Notes: a model not told the origin generated them from the sequence alone. DNA of 64,000 nucleotides from Octopus sinensis (GCF_006345805.1 NW_021833459.1:1-64000), one strand, 5' to 3'; positions 39,901 to 53,470 are shown, numbered from the stretch's first letter. Numbers and translations are program-made.

Positions 39901-40358
39901 CATGATATTATTGCAAGGGTTTTCAGGCAGAAACTGGCTAAGCTCATTCATTTAATTAAAAAAGGGCAGGTTTTTGGGCCTGTCTTTTGCCTACATAGGA
40001 AATCCACTCTCTTTTAACACAGCATGAAGTTTTGTAACAGCACATCCGCTGCCGTTCGTGCAAAACGAAGAGGCCCTATTCACCTGCGAATGTTTTACAT
40101 CGCCTTCCACGAATATCAAATTCTTACAATTATGAGAACAATAACATGGCTCTTTTCAAGGCAACCTCGCATTCAATTCTTACACCATTCTACGAGGGGG
40201 TAGGAACCCCTTTACACGGCTTTCTATACACTTACAGATACATTCATTCGCCGTAAACTTATATCAATATTTGCCTGAATAATCATCATAATTCAGTGCA
40301 ATCATTAACAGTACTTTCAAGCAATTCAGCCCCGAGCAACGCCGAGCAATTCTGCTAG
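36971..40358 (+). mobile_element. Helitron, internally deleted, both termini present
   Basis: 5' A|TCTCTTATTATAAAA with a GCAGATTTTATGTGC sub-terminal hairpin; 3' CCCGAGCAACGCCGAGC...CTAG|T. The insertion site is A|T and the element encloses a RepHel N-terminal ORF. Confidence 0.88.
38201..39990 (+). pseudogene. Helitron RepHel N-terminal part (repeat region, Cys cluster, Helitron_like_N, Rep motif 1)
   Basis: FCNAKKW...MCCLNGKVSLP, IRKYNCAFQMTSFG, TFKVQGQVYHLIGSL, YDALQYPLLFPYGE, LFHQFAVDM, ILPSTYTRGPRYM and PDLFITFTCNP. Stops at 38819, 39811 and ~39850, a frameshift at ~38900, and truncation before the HUH/Y2 motifs and the PIF1 helicase. Confidence 0.92.
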
Positions 40359-41869
40359 TCTAGAAATAAATTCAACGTACTTAATAGGCATCTACACTGG
40401 TACATTTGTCAGAAAATTCCAAAAGTCAGTTAAAGTTTAGACAGTGTCACATGACAACTTGCTGGGGCTGCTTGCTGGAGCCTTTGGCAGGTATTTAAAT
40501 GGAAAAGTTGACAAGTCAGTCAGTCACCGGCTGACACTCGCAGACGATACACCAAAGCAACCAGGGAACAAGAGAAAGAAGACATGCATTCAACACCTCC
40601 GAAGAGGGGAGCGCCACGTGAAATCGACAGAGGAATAGGGGCCGAACCCGGATGTGGTTCCTCCTGATGATGTCTTGAGTTAACTGGATCCTATAAAGGA
40701 GCTGTTGTGGTAGCATACCACGAAACATGGTTGAAATTCCTTCCTACTGTAATTAAAGTCTGAAGTATACTAAATCCCCAACACATACAAATGCGTCTAA
40801 TTCTACAAATGGCGGCAAGTAAGTCAAAATAAAATTCCCGATTATTTCTCTACCTTGCAGTGTATAGCACAAATTCTCCTGTGCTTAAGCGTAGAGATAG
40901 GAAACGCTATAACGCATTTTAAATTGAGTTAATCAAACCGTACAAACTAACCTAATTTCTTAACGAGACATGCATGCTGTACAACCAGTTGCGAATCAAC
41001 AGCATCCGGTTTAAAGGCAAATGATATTATCAATTGGCTGTCTCTGGGCTGAATATTTTGTATTTTTCCGAATTTACCATGCGTATTCGAGTCTCACTAA
41101 TTTGGTGAACATTCAGCTATAACGAACTAAAGTCGAATCTATTCGTTTAAATAATTTATATTGATTTTAAAATCTTGGCTAACTAGCTTGTGTCTGCTCT
41201 GAAATTGAAAATTTAAATACTAGTAATATTCTTACGTTGTCCCAATCGATTACCCACAGTGACTTACAAACTAATTGGAAAAAATCATATGCATCTGAAA
41301 TTTAAGATCTAGTAAGTAATCCGAATTAATTTTGAGTTATAGACTTATTCCAGAGTAGTTTTCAGCCCGATTTAACACCATCACCTGACCGTTTAGTGCT
41401 ATATGAAGAGTTTAGTTTATCATAATTATTTGGAACAGGCGAAGAGTCTAAGAGCAACGTCATGCCTTACAACCCACTGCAATGAATAATGTGTTAATTT
41501 CGTTCAAATTTTCGGTCAGTCTCTTAAGCTGAGTTTATACTACGTAGAACTATTATTTGTATTCTAGGCTAATCTATAAAAGAAAAAGAAAAAAAACATA
41601 ACTCATCTACTCTTTGCCGAATCACTATATCTTTACTGAAAGAGAATTAAAACACAAATTATATTCTTGGAGATCAGTTAATTCGTGCTTTCTGTTTTCC
41701 TATTTTTAGCAATGGCCAAAGGATAATTGCATAAACCAAGGGCTAATTGTAGACTTTGTCTAGATTCTTTGTCACATGATAAATTTCTCCATTCTAGGAA
41801 GCGAATATATGCCAACAACAATAGCAACGCTAACAATAAGAACAACATCAACATAATGATGACGATGGT

Positions 41870-41872
<3 letters not shown>

Positions 41873-41923
<51 letters not shown>

Positions 41924-41925
41924 AA
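41873..41925. repeat. (AAT)n microsatellite
   Basis: Seen directly. Confidence 0.95.
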
Positions 41926-41926
41926 T

Positions 41927-42131
41927 TTCTACTATAGGCACAAGGCTAGCAATTTCGGGATTTGAGGTAAATCTATTACAGTCACCCCACCCCACTGCTC
42001 TCCTAGTAATTCGTTTACTGTCCCCTAAAGGATGAAAGCTAGAGGGTGGAATTTGGACTCAGAACACGAAAACAGGCGAAATGCCGCTAAGCATTTTGCT
42101 CGACGTGCCAGTGATTCTGCAAATAGCTGCC
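41927..42131 (-). mobile_element. SINE family B-like, diverged
   Basis: AAGGATGAAAG...GGAATTTGGACTCAGAAC...CCGCTAAGCATTTTG...GATTCTGC. Confidence 0.75.
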
Positions 42132-42704
42132 TGAACATTAATAATAATAATAATGATAATAGGCCAAACTACCACTACTACAACTATCCCCACCCCTACT
42201 ACCGAAGCTGTTACAGACACACCTGCTGCTCCTACCTATAAATACAACAATAAAGGCAGTAATTGACACCGGCGATAGAAGACTAAAGAAGATTGCCCAG
42301 CAAAGACATCAAGAAGTAATACAAGAAAGTCAACAACACAGAAAATAACTAAAATCTACTACCCTCTCGGAACCCGTGGCTAGAGAACATAACCTAGCTA
42401 GCGGCAAAAAACAACATTGAAAAAAAAACAGTTAACGAAGTTACAGAAATAAAGACGAAGGCAAAAATCTTAGTCTTCATATGCTGAGCCTGTTCAGCGA
42501 AGAAGATTACGAGTGAGCAATGGACTCTCTGGAAAGTCGTTCTGGATGACAGAATAAGTAGTTACATCTCTTTTGAATTACACCTAACTTCGCTGAGGAA
42601 GGCCAGATCAAATAGTGTAATTTTTCAAGCGGCTATCCATGTGAGCAGCGCTGGAAATTGTTGTCACCCCAACCCTCATAGGCCTGTGTAACCTCTGTGT
42701 TAAC

Positions 42705-44840
42705 ACCAGAATAGGTTAGTGAGAGTAGAAGAGATTCTATAAAGAAATAAATGGAGAATGTACAGATGAAAAGTTGATACCAGATGACAATGAAAATTAA
42801 TGGTTTTACAGTGACATCTTGAACAAAGACAAGGAGCACAATAAGGATGCTGAATGGCTGTAAGAACTGAAACAAACAGTAGTCTGTCCAAAATAAGCAC
42901 AAGTCATTTCAGTTTGGAAAGTGATGGAAATCAGTAAAAAAATGAGCAACTGGGAGGCCCCGGGACCAGATGGAGTTCAAGGCTACTGGATTAAAAGATT
43001 TTGTGAATGTCATGCACGAATAGCTCCGCAAATCAACACCTTACATGCCGACTAAGTAACACCAAACTGGTTGACATTGGGTAGGACAGTGTTGTGCCTG
43101 AAAAATACCTAAAAGTTGATACGGTAGACAATTACAGGCCGATCTCCTGTTTGCCACTTATGTGGAAATTATTGACTGGAATACTCGCAGAGTCACTGTA
43201 CGAGCATCTAGAAAAAATGGCGTCCTGCCACATGACAAATAGTAAAAAAAATGAAAACAATATCAATGATATCAGTGATGATAAAAATAATGATTAAAAG
43301 AGGCGGGTTGAATCTCCCTATGTCCTGGTTGCAAGCGTAAGGGCAGAGGTACAAAGGATCGACTCCTGATAGACAAAACTATACTTAGAGACTGAAAGAG
43401 GAGGAAAAGTAACGTAGCCATGTCATGAATAGACTATTGTAAGGCGTACGATATGATACTGCATTCTTAGATGAAGCTGTTTAGTCATTCATCGAACGTT
43501 GAGCGATTGCTGGGAACAAGCATGGCGAATTGGAAGACGGACTTGACAGCATACTGAAGAAGTTTAAAGAGTGTAGAAATCTGGTGGGGCATCTTGCAAG
43601 GGGACTGCTTGACCCCACTAATCATCGTACTGTGCTTGAGAACACTAACTCTGATTCTAAGAAAAGCAAAAGTTGGGTATGAACTGAAACTTTATGGTAA
43701 AGATAAGGCCCAAGTCAGTTCCCTCGATGATATGGTGCTTACTTTAAGTGCTAATATCAGAATGGTGTTCGGACTGAAAAAATGTGGTGTGTTAGTGTTG
43801 AAGAGATGCAAAATCAAATGTATTGACGGGCTAAGGATACCGTCAGTGGAGATTATGAAGCAGATAGAAGAGACAGGCTATAGTTACTTGGAGAAATCGG
43901 AAATGGATAAATTGACGGAGAAAGAAATGACAGAAAAAGTTAAGGTGGGGTATTTGCGCAGATGGTGACTGATCCTTAAGTCGAAATTAAACAGACAGAA
44001 TAAGATTGAAGCTATCAACACCTGGGCTGTTTCACTCCTCAGATATGGAGTATCGGTAATCACATGTACAGGAGACGAACTAAACAGCTTAGACAGAAAG
44101 ACAAGGAAGTTGCTAACCTGATATGGGACACTACACCCCGAACCTGACACAGAGAGTCTGTATGTACCAATAAAAAGAGGAGGAAGAAGACTCATTGGAT
44201 GCGAACACAGCATTAGAGCAGAAGATAACAACATAGCATGGTATGTAAAAGTGCCACAGAACGGCTATTATTAAATGGAAGAAAATCAGGCTTGTGTGGG
44301 ATGAAAGATTGCAAAGATAAACCACTGTACAAGCAATTTAAAACGAATGAAACTGAAACTAGTTGGGTAAAGAAAGGAATGCATGGACAATTTCATAGGG
44401 ATGTTGAAGATAAGACAGACAGACAGAGAAAAAATATGGCTGTGGATGACTAAAAGTGATTCAAAACTGAAAACGGAGACTCTAATCTGTGATTCCCAAG
44501 AGCAAGTACTAAGAACAAACTACATAAAATACAGAATAGACAACACATCAGAAAGTGATAAGTGCAGAACTTGTGCACAAAATGATGAAACCGTATGGCA
44601 TATTAACAGTCAATGCATGCCACTAGCCCAGAAGGAACATAAGAGAAGCCACGACAATATAGTCAGGCTTGTACATTTGACACTTTGTAAAAAGTATGGA
44701 CTTGACAGAGCAAACAATTGGTACGACCATAAACCCGACTCAATTGTCGGAGACCTGGAAACAGTTAGTAAAAATCTTGAGAAGTACAAGGAACAAATAG
44801 GGGCTGCAATAGGGGTGGAGCACATGGAGAAATTTCCTTA
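42705..44840 (+). mobile_element. R4/Dong-like RLE non-LTR retrotransposon, decayed
   Basis: [78 protein letters not shown] and QEQVLRTNYIKYRID...CRTC...HINSQC motifs. The (F/Y)MDD region and the RLE active site appear deleted. Confidence 0.9.
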
Positions 44841-45030
44841 AATTGTGGAATACAAATACTGTATTCCACAGGATATGACCACTCATTAAGAGCGCTGCTT
44901 TCTGCATTTTTACATAAGATATATTTTCGAACATATAGATTTGGAGTCTTGTCTGTAGCCTGCTTCGCAATTACGGGCGCTTCCACAATGAATAGGATTA
45001 CTGTTTTATCCCCATAGCCCGATGACACCA
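44841..45030 (-). mobile_element. Inverted R4-like 3' fragment
   Basis: The minus strand gives MQKAALLMSGHILWNTV, equivalent to the RLE terminal LQKAALLGTAxILRxVL motif. Confidence 0.5.
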
Positions 45031-46703
45031 TTTTAAAATGCATGTTATTCTGATATTTGTATAGCATTATTCAAACTTCATTACAAAAAACATCGACATT
45101 TTCAAAAGTCTGGGTCACTTAATGAACATGTCTTTGATATGAAACTGTGTTTGTTTCATATTTCTTTAGTCAAATAAACCGATAATAGCAGTATTTATTA
45201 TTACGTTGTGTAGTATATGTGTTTAGGTTATTCTGCATATGTGATCTTCATTATATTATGTACTGTTCAATAAATGGTAGCGCTCTTCATATGCTTTCTT
45301 TTTGTATTATGATGCACTGTTGAACATACAGCTTATTTATGTCAATCCTCTCCCGAATCCTTTCATACTTGTGTCAATGCAACTTGATATTCTTTTTCAC
45401 AATGCAATAACGCAATTGTCTAGTTGGACGATATAGGTCTCGAGCTGCATTCATTAAACATGCTGTCACCTTTCAGTTAAGATACATAGAGCCAGATCTA
45501 TCTCTGCCATTTTGAAAACATTTGATTTATATAATGGGTTACGAATTATTGGCATAGTATTATCAATTCCTTTACTCTGTCTTCCTGACTTCTTTCTTTA
45601 TCTATATACTTTTGCCCTGAAATTAATTTCTTATGATTCTTCTTTCTCCAGTGTATGCATGATAAACGTTTAGTGAGGGTATTACTTCTAAAGAATTTAT
45701 GAGTGCATTACACATTTCAGCTAAATATGGTTATAATTCTTTTATATCGATTGTAACAGTATGATTTTTCAGATAGATAACAATGTTTTGTGATTGAAGA
45801 AACTTTTTCCATCCGACTGATCTGATTTATAGGCAATACCAAGCTGACCAACGACTCTAACTTGCAATCTCTGTCGGAATACACAAGGGATTTGTGCCAG
45901 CACCGTGACAGTGTGTTCTGAGTTTTGCCTAGTATTTAGCTTTTGGCTTTCTCGTGTATTTTAGGTCCAGATATTGGAACTGTATCTTACAACCGAGATT
46001 ACTACGGAGGTAATTATTTCGAGCTCTGGTTTCAAACTCACTTCCCTTTTAAGGATCATCAACCGAAATTATTCCAACAGATTAAGTATTTTATTATGAA
46101 TGCTTTTCACATAATATTAGTAGCTTTCAAGCAAATAAAATACCCCAGTGTGTTTTGGATATTGTGTAGTGTTTCGTGCATGTATTCAAATTAAAATATT
46201 TCACATAACTCAACACTTCCAAGTCGTAATATTCTCTCTCTATTGAAATATATGTACTTTCTTTTTAATAGTCGAACATCATTTCTATAATTGCTTCGCT
46301 TTTTCAAAATCACACGTAGATTTGAAATCAGACACTTTGGTACGACTGCATTTAAAACAATTTGTAGCTTTTTCTGAATATTTTCTCCGATCATTGCCAG
46401 TTATTCAAAGTGTTAACAGAAAAAGTGTCTTAGCGCTTTTATACTGTGCTTGTGGTGCCTAACTGACTAAGTGACAATCTATCACATTTTTGCAACATGA
46501 AAACATAAATACATTTTATATAGGTGACATATACAAGAAGCAGGATTAATATCCGAAATATTTTGTTACAAAATAGGATCAGTTTCCGCTTATTTGGTGC
46601 CTAGGCTCTGGAGAGGTTTCTTTTGAGAGGTTGTAGGCAACCATGCCCCAGGAGAAGTAGATGCCTATACATATTCAAAACATTCTGAACAATGACTGAA
46701 CAA

Positions 46704-47052
46704 AGGCGCAGGGGCCACATTGTTCCGGGTTTTAATCCTACTACGTGGCACCTTGGCCAAGTGTTTTCTATATAGCTCGGTCCGTCCAAAGCCTTGTAAG
46801 TGGATTTGGTAGACGGAAACTGAAAGAAGTCCGTCGTATATATCTATATATATATATATATGAGTGTGTGTGTGTTTGTCTCCCCAACATTGATTGACAA
46901 CCGATGCTGGTGTGCTTACGTCCCCGTAACTTAGCGGTTCGGCAAAAAAGTCCGATATAATAAGTACTAGACTTACAAAGAATAAGTCCTGGGATCGTTT
47001 TACTCGATTAAAGGCGGTGCTCCTGCATGGCCGCAGTCAAATGACTGAAACA
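46704..47052 (+). mobile_element. SINE family A, diverged, deletion in the tRNA head
   Basis: GGCGCAGG...CCGGGTTTTAATCC...CTTGGCCAAGTG...GGATTTGGTAGACGGAAACTGAAAG...GCATGGCCGCAGTCAAATGACTGAAAC. Confidence 0.88.
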
Positions 47053-47099
47053 TGTATAAAGCAAATGACTATGAACACGAGTGGTTAGCATCTATGGTA

Positions 47100-48130
47100 G
47101 GCGTCTTCCACTGCTCATCCTAGTAGTTTGCCTTTTGTTGCCATGAAGTTCACGATACCTCTCTGAGTAAAACAAACATTACGTTGCATCGTTGGAGACA
47201 ACATAATACATGTTGGCCTGTGAATGATTCTTTGAACCGGCGATAACATTCATAGCTGATATTCTTTTTGTTTTTCACGAGTGCTTTCAACTTTATAAAT
47301 ATCCTTGTCATACGTCTCATGTTAATAAAATTTGCCAAACCTTTTAGGCGTACACGTAGAGTAACGAAGAAATCCGACGTATAAATGCTCTTGCATTGCT
47401 GACTTTGGGTTTGTCTGGTACAGAACCTTATTTGTTAGAACAACCAAACCTCTTTGGCATCCTATGTCGAATAATCTGGGTTTCAGCCAAGCCTATCCTG
47501 AAAAGTTTGGCCCACCACTTTCTCTCTAAATGAAGAGCAAGATCCCTGTCTCTATCCACTGGCAATTTGTTGGGTGGACGCCGTCGAAATATTTGCTGTT
47601 AATAGGTTAACGCCAAAGGGCAGAGAGTTTTCTTGCCTATGTGGCAAAATGGGTTGTAGCGATTGATGAAACTGGAACGGCTGGACACAGATATTTTGGC
47701 CTTTGGCCTAGATCACTTCGATGCTTTCACTTTCCACTTAGAAAGAACCTGAAATTGAAAATCAAGTAAAAGTGGAGTAACAGTAACAAGAGTAACATGA
47801 ATGATTAGGTATAAAATTTCTTCTGGATGTGAAGCTAACATTGAACTGGTTGTGTAGATTTCTCTATCTGGAATTCATTCCTCGTGACTGAAACCTGTGT
47901 CATCAACTTATGAAAGCTTAGAAGTCACACACCTGCAAGCAGTAGCTTATAACTTTATTTCTTTCATAACCTTTTCCCCGCAGTACATCGTGAATATGAA
48001 CTCTTCTTGGAAACAGAGCTACACTGCCACTCGGTTGGTACTGAACAGGCTCAAGCGAGGCGAAATAATGTGCTTTATCCGAGAAAACATTCTGCTCAGC
48101 CCAAGAATCACAGCTACAGCCTTATGACTG
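47100..48130 (-). pseudogene. Possible piggyBac-like transposase remnant
   Basis: Weak ordered echoes on the minus strand: FTMYCG, GVNLLTANIS, EKWWAKLF and a terminal Cys cluster (CCLQRCNV...ELH). Heavily frameshifted, and no TTAA or TIR was found. Confidence 0.35.
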
Positions 48131-48251
48131 TAAACCTGTCATAAGCCACTCGTCTTCACTTATTCTTATAGTATGTATGATTTTGACTTAATTTTCATGC
48201 TATAAAATAACGTACCACTGACGTACTGTGGTGACGAATTTAGCTATTTTC

Positions 48252-48400
48252 AAGGCAACGAGCTGGCGGAATTATTAGCATCTGAAGAAATTCTTAGCGG
48301 TATTTCATATGTCTTTAGGTTCTGATTTGAAACTCTGTAGTGTTTGACTTTGTCTTTCTTCCTTTCGAGGTCAGTATACTAGTACCAGTTGAACTGTGAG
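48252..48400 (+). mobile_element. SINE family B, degenerate
   Basis: GGCAACGAGCTGGCGGAAT...CTTAGCGGTATTTC...CCTTTCGAGGTC...AGTACCAGTT. Confidence 0.7.
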
Positions 48401-49120
48401 GGTGATGAAATCGAATAATCCTCTTTTAAAAGATTTCAGAACGTGTAGTTATAGTAGAAATGTTTATTATTATCATCATCAATCATCAATATCGCGCCGG
48501 AAAAATAATTTGCGAAAGTTCATGTGCTGAGTTCAAACACTACCGATTTGAAGGTTGCATCTCAACATTACGTGGTCTATAAAATAAATTAACAGTCCAG
48601 TTCTGTGGGTCAACTTAATCAACTAAAACCCTCTCGTTAAATTGCAGGACTTCTGCCATAACTTAAAACGTTATTATGATTAGTGTTCCAGTATCTAAGT
48701 ATTACGTTACTACTTTTCAAATTTGGAGTCGTTGTAAGATGAATAATTCTACAGGTTTGATCATGAAAATAACTTTAAAAAATATTGTAGCAGTTTTAAT
48801 AAGTAATATTTTGTTTCCGCTTATGTATTTTCTGCTTTATTAAACGTAGTTTCTTTTTGTCATTTGCCCATAAAATCTGATCAAAATATTTCTGTATATC
48901 TATTTTGGTCCTTTGTTGATTCTAAATTCAATTTAATAAAAGATGTACGGGAAAGTTTAGAAGTGCCACAGGTCCTTTGTCATGTATGCCCTCTACGTTT
49001 ATTGTATATGTAAAACCATATATGTAGAAAAATACATATATACATTCATACAATCATAACTATATAGAGAAACACACACGCATATTTACATACATTCACA
49101 AAAACACACATGTATGCATG

Positions 49121-49151
<31 letters not shown>

Positions 49152-49839
49152 GCATATGTATGTATATATATTAGCCGCAAAAGCAAAGCTGCTGTGTTGG
49201 AGGCAATTCCAAAGAAAATCAACAGGAGATATATTTGTTCGTTTTCCGGTCTTTTGAGACAGATTGTGCTTAGCACATATAGTGCAAATTTAACAGCAAT
49301 AGTTCGAATTATCTAATAAAATCTATATACAATTAGGTCAGTAATCGATCGATCCGGTTAGTAGTCGGAAGTCGGACATGATGTGAATATGAACTATTTT
49401 TGTATTTCTTTTTTATATCTAGACGCTAGTTTAGAATGACCATCCTCGCTGATGTAGGTAAGAATCAGGGTAATGAGACGAACACTAATGTTTGTCCGGG
49501 TAAATTGGGAGAAAGTATTTTTGGTGGCGGTTTCATTTTAATTTGAATAAACTGTTAAAAGCAGGGTTTATAAATTTTGATTTGAAGTAGGTTTTTCTAA
49601 GTGAACTACATTTTATTGTTCTTTTGTGAATGGTCTGTATTTGGAATTGAAATGTTTTTACAAAGGGCGGATAGAAGAAGGATAGATAGATTATCAGAAA
49701 CCGATTAGTAATGTGTCGGAATATACGTTATGTTTATAGAATTATATTTCGCTAGTAATAAAAATAAGTGTCTCTCTGGTGAGGCAAATTAGTGTCACAT
49801 CTTTGAAATGAACATACCGAACACCATGATATATATATA

Positions 49840-50072
49840 CAGGGTTAGCCAAAGGTCACCTGACAGCAAATGAAAGCCATTTAATTCCAAGATTTTTGTA
49901 TGCTCAAAAAGTGAAAGAATTTAATAAAAGCATCTAAATATGAAACATCATGGAAATGGTTCAAGCTGAAGTACTTCTTGAGCGACACATTTTTCCATTC
50001 GAGTCAATACAGAATTACAGATAGCATTTACGGAATTTTGACTTACCGCCAGGTGACATTTGGCCAACCCTG
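49840..50072. mobile_element. Tc1/mariner-type MITE (233 bp)
   Basis: 23-bp TIRs CAGGGTTAGCCAAAGGTCACCTG / CAGGGTTGGCCAAATGTCACCTG (2 mismatches). TA on the left, TG on the right, no ORF. Confidence 0.82.
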
Positions 50073-50602
50073 TGTGTGTGCACACACACACACGCACACG
50101 TGTGTGTGTGTATTAGGTTTAAAGGTGATGGAAAAACACATTTTTTCACTTTGAAAGCATTTTTTTCCAGACACCCTGGTGAGCTGGCTGAATCAAAGTA
50201 AGCATTCTGTTCTAGCCACCTACTTTAAAATATATATTCTTTTTCTTTGTCTCTTGTTTAAATCACTTCCTTTCAGGTACACAGGTACACACACACACGC
50301 TCGTACGCATACACACACAGAGCAACATACACACTCTCTCTCACTCTCTCATTCCACTATCTACCTATTCCTCTCTCTCTTTTTCCTAACCTGTACACGC
50401 CACATTACTCCTCTTTTCATCGTCTCTCTCCATCCCACCCAGTTCACGATTACTATGAAAAGAGACAAATCCCTTCGCAAATTTAAATCTCAAGAATCTA
50501 TTAGAGTGGACGAAAGCGCTTATATGTAACATGTAAAAATATATGACATGTTAATAAATATTTGTATATGTACAACCATCCAGATCTCTGCATACCTTAT
50601 TT

Positions 50603-50644
<42 letters not shown>

Positions 50645-50759
50645 TCATGCTGTGTTGATGCATAGGACTTTAATACATGGTTAATAAAATATATCTGCAC
50701 AGTGAAATGTATCGTGAAAAATGTTTATTTTATATTCAGTCATTCATGTAGAAACAATC

Positions 50760-50850
50760 GTTTCTACTATAGGCACAAGGCCTGAAAGTTTGAGTGCTTC
50801 ACTGACACTTATTTTATAGACCCCGGGAGGATGAAAGGCAAGGTCAGATT
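50760..50850 (-). mobile_element. SINE family B fragment
   Basis: ACTTATTTTATAGACCCCGGGAGGATGAAAGGCAAGGTC; it shares a TTTCTACTATAGGCACAAGGC end with the 41927 copy. Confidence 0.65.
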
Positions 50851-50983
50851 AATGATAAAGTAACATTACAAACACAAGTGCATCGGTATCTGTCTCTCTA
50901 TAAATCTGTCTGCCTGTCTCTATGTTTGTACAGACATACATGGGTCTTTGGCAAGTGCGTGTCCACGTATTTATAAATGAATA

Positions 50984-51214
50984 GGCGGCGAGCTGGCAGA
51001 AAGGTTAGCCCGCCAGGCGAGATGCTTAGTGGTATTTCGTCTGCTACTACGTTCTGGGTTCAAATTCCGCCGAGGACGACCTTGCCTTTCATCCTTTCGG
51101 GGTCGATAAATTAAGTACCAGTTACGCACTGGGGCCGATGTAATCGACTTAATCCGTTTGTCTGTCCTTGTTTGTTCCCTCTGTGTTTAGCCCCCTGTGA
51201 GTAGTAAAAAATAG
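50984..51214 (+). mobile_element. tRNA-derived SINE family B, full length, 17-bp TSD
   Basis: Perfect direct repeat GTATTTATAAATGAATA at 50967-50983 and 51215-51231; A-box-like GAGCTGGCAGAAAGG and B box GGTTCAAATTCC. The central CCTTTCATCCTTTCGGGGTCGATAAATTAAGTACCAG resembles the Meta SINE domain (from recall, not searched). Confidence 0.93.
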
Positions 51215-52027
51215 GTATTTATAAATGAATAATAACTCAGTTCATTAAATTATGTAAACCTGTTAGTTGAGATGTCTGGGGATATATATATGGATACTAC
51301 ACTTTAAAATATTAGTACCAGAGAGAAATTTTAACATGGGATATATCTGATCCCTAAAGGAAGTGCCAAAGTCTTAGTTTTGATTAAGATTTATCTCAAC
51401 TGTCCAGGAATTCATCTACACTCTTGATTTCATAACGCACATATGATACATGCATGACCCAGATTCCATACGTCCTCATACAAATATCCTATAAATACAA
51501 CTATATATAAGTATATATTTACATACAGACATAGATACATAAGAGATACATACACAAATAGACAGAGACAGTCAGCCAGACGAAGAGGCAGACGGTTTAA
51601 CCTGCAACGGATCCGGTTATAGCTATGAGAGGCGCTTTCTGCAGCATGTCCGTCATGAGTAGTCCACTTCATCCGTGTTGAGACTTGCATCATCCGCTTG
51701 CAACACCGTTGAGGTCTTTGAGGATTGGTCACGCTTGGGAATATAGTAATGAATATTGCAAATTTATTGTGAGTAATCCTAATCAACGATAATTGCTAGT
51801 TCAGCGGCAGGATTGAGAAATGCATCACTTGTGAGTTGTTATTATTTTTTCTCTAAGAAAATATGAAGTAATATGTTAATTATAACATCGAATGTGAGTT
51901 GTAAATAGGTCATATGAGATGGTAATCATAAGTTACTGATGTTCCATTTCATGCCACTAATATAAAAATAACATTTAATTGGAAATACATTCAATATTAG
52001 ATTCTTCAAAATTAAAATTATATACTG

Positions 52028-52073
<46 letters not shown>

Positions 52074-52874
52074 AAATATACAACTAAGGGAGACAGACAG
52101 AGAAAGAGAAAGGGGAGAGGTGGTGAGGGAAAAGGGGTGAATTACCTTGGTGGAGAGATACATGGATATACAGAATAATGCAGAAACGGAGAGGGTAACA
52201 GAAATTAATAGATGGATGTTTGTTTCTATTTTCAAGAAAATTACGCCATCAATGTGTTATGAGGAATGAAGGAATACATGCCTGTTCATATATCTAATTA
52301 TATATGTCTGTCTTTCTATTCAGTTAGCTATTTACCTACTTCCCTATATATCTATCTATATATCTATCTACTATTCATTTCCTGCCTGTCTCTTCGTCTG
52401 TCTGACTGTCTCTGTGTATTTATGTATCTATCTGTGATGTATCTATGTAAATATATACATATATATATTTATGTATATAGGACAGTGGATGTATAAAAGG
52501 TGCATATATATATACTTGTATATATGTAAATATCTCCTTTTCATATATTTTCCTCTATACAAATCTGTATATATCTGTGCGTGTGTAAATGTATATTCGT
52601 GGTTTGCATTCAATTACAGTCGAATAGATTCAGCTCCGGTATTTCGATTACTTCGTAAGTCTGGAATGTTTGACTGAAAATGTTTGCCTCAGAAGCTAAG
52701 AACAGTCTCCACAGTTGACAGGGCGGAAATATTGCGGAAGATACACATACCTACATCTCTGTCATGATTTTGCTCTCTTGTAATGCTTGTTTTTATTACG
52801 ATCACTGTATTTTCTTTTTATTAAGAGATGCTTTTTATGGATTTATTCCCCATTTCTCCTTGATATATATATAT

Positions 52875-52908
<34 letters not shown>

Positions 52909-53470
52909 CTTAGTCTTGTCTTTCTTCACTTATTTCATTGAATTATTTCTTTTATGTTATCTCTCTACTATTAACCATTTCAATGTTTTCGATCCATCGT
53001 ATTATATTATTATCGGCCTTGTCTTTTGGCATTGAACACAACACTTCAATCATATATTCTTGGCTCTACATGATACGCGCGCTCTTGCCTGTCTGCCTGT
53101 CTATCATTCTCGCTCGGATTATTTTATATTCAAATACTCAACACAGACACTTTCTCGATATTTACACCCAAACCTCAGAGAAAATCCTCCAGTGTATATC
53201 TGTTTCTCATCCAAGTGTGGGTCAATCAATCATTTATGATATACATAGAGAGAAACACACACCGACTCAGACACACACATAAACACATCACACGCATTCA
53301 TATAAATATGTTAGCATGTTTATTTGTATATATGTATAGATATGCGTGGGTATGTGTATATATATATATATATATATATACACATCACACACATTCATAT
53401 AAATATCTGTGTATGTGTCTTTGTATATATGTATAGACGTGTGGATATGTATGTTTATATATATATATAT

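Noticed and set aside
42470-42690. Possible mariner 5' end on the minus strand (TATGAGGGTTGG...)
   Set aside because: No partner TIR and no convincing transposase translation.
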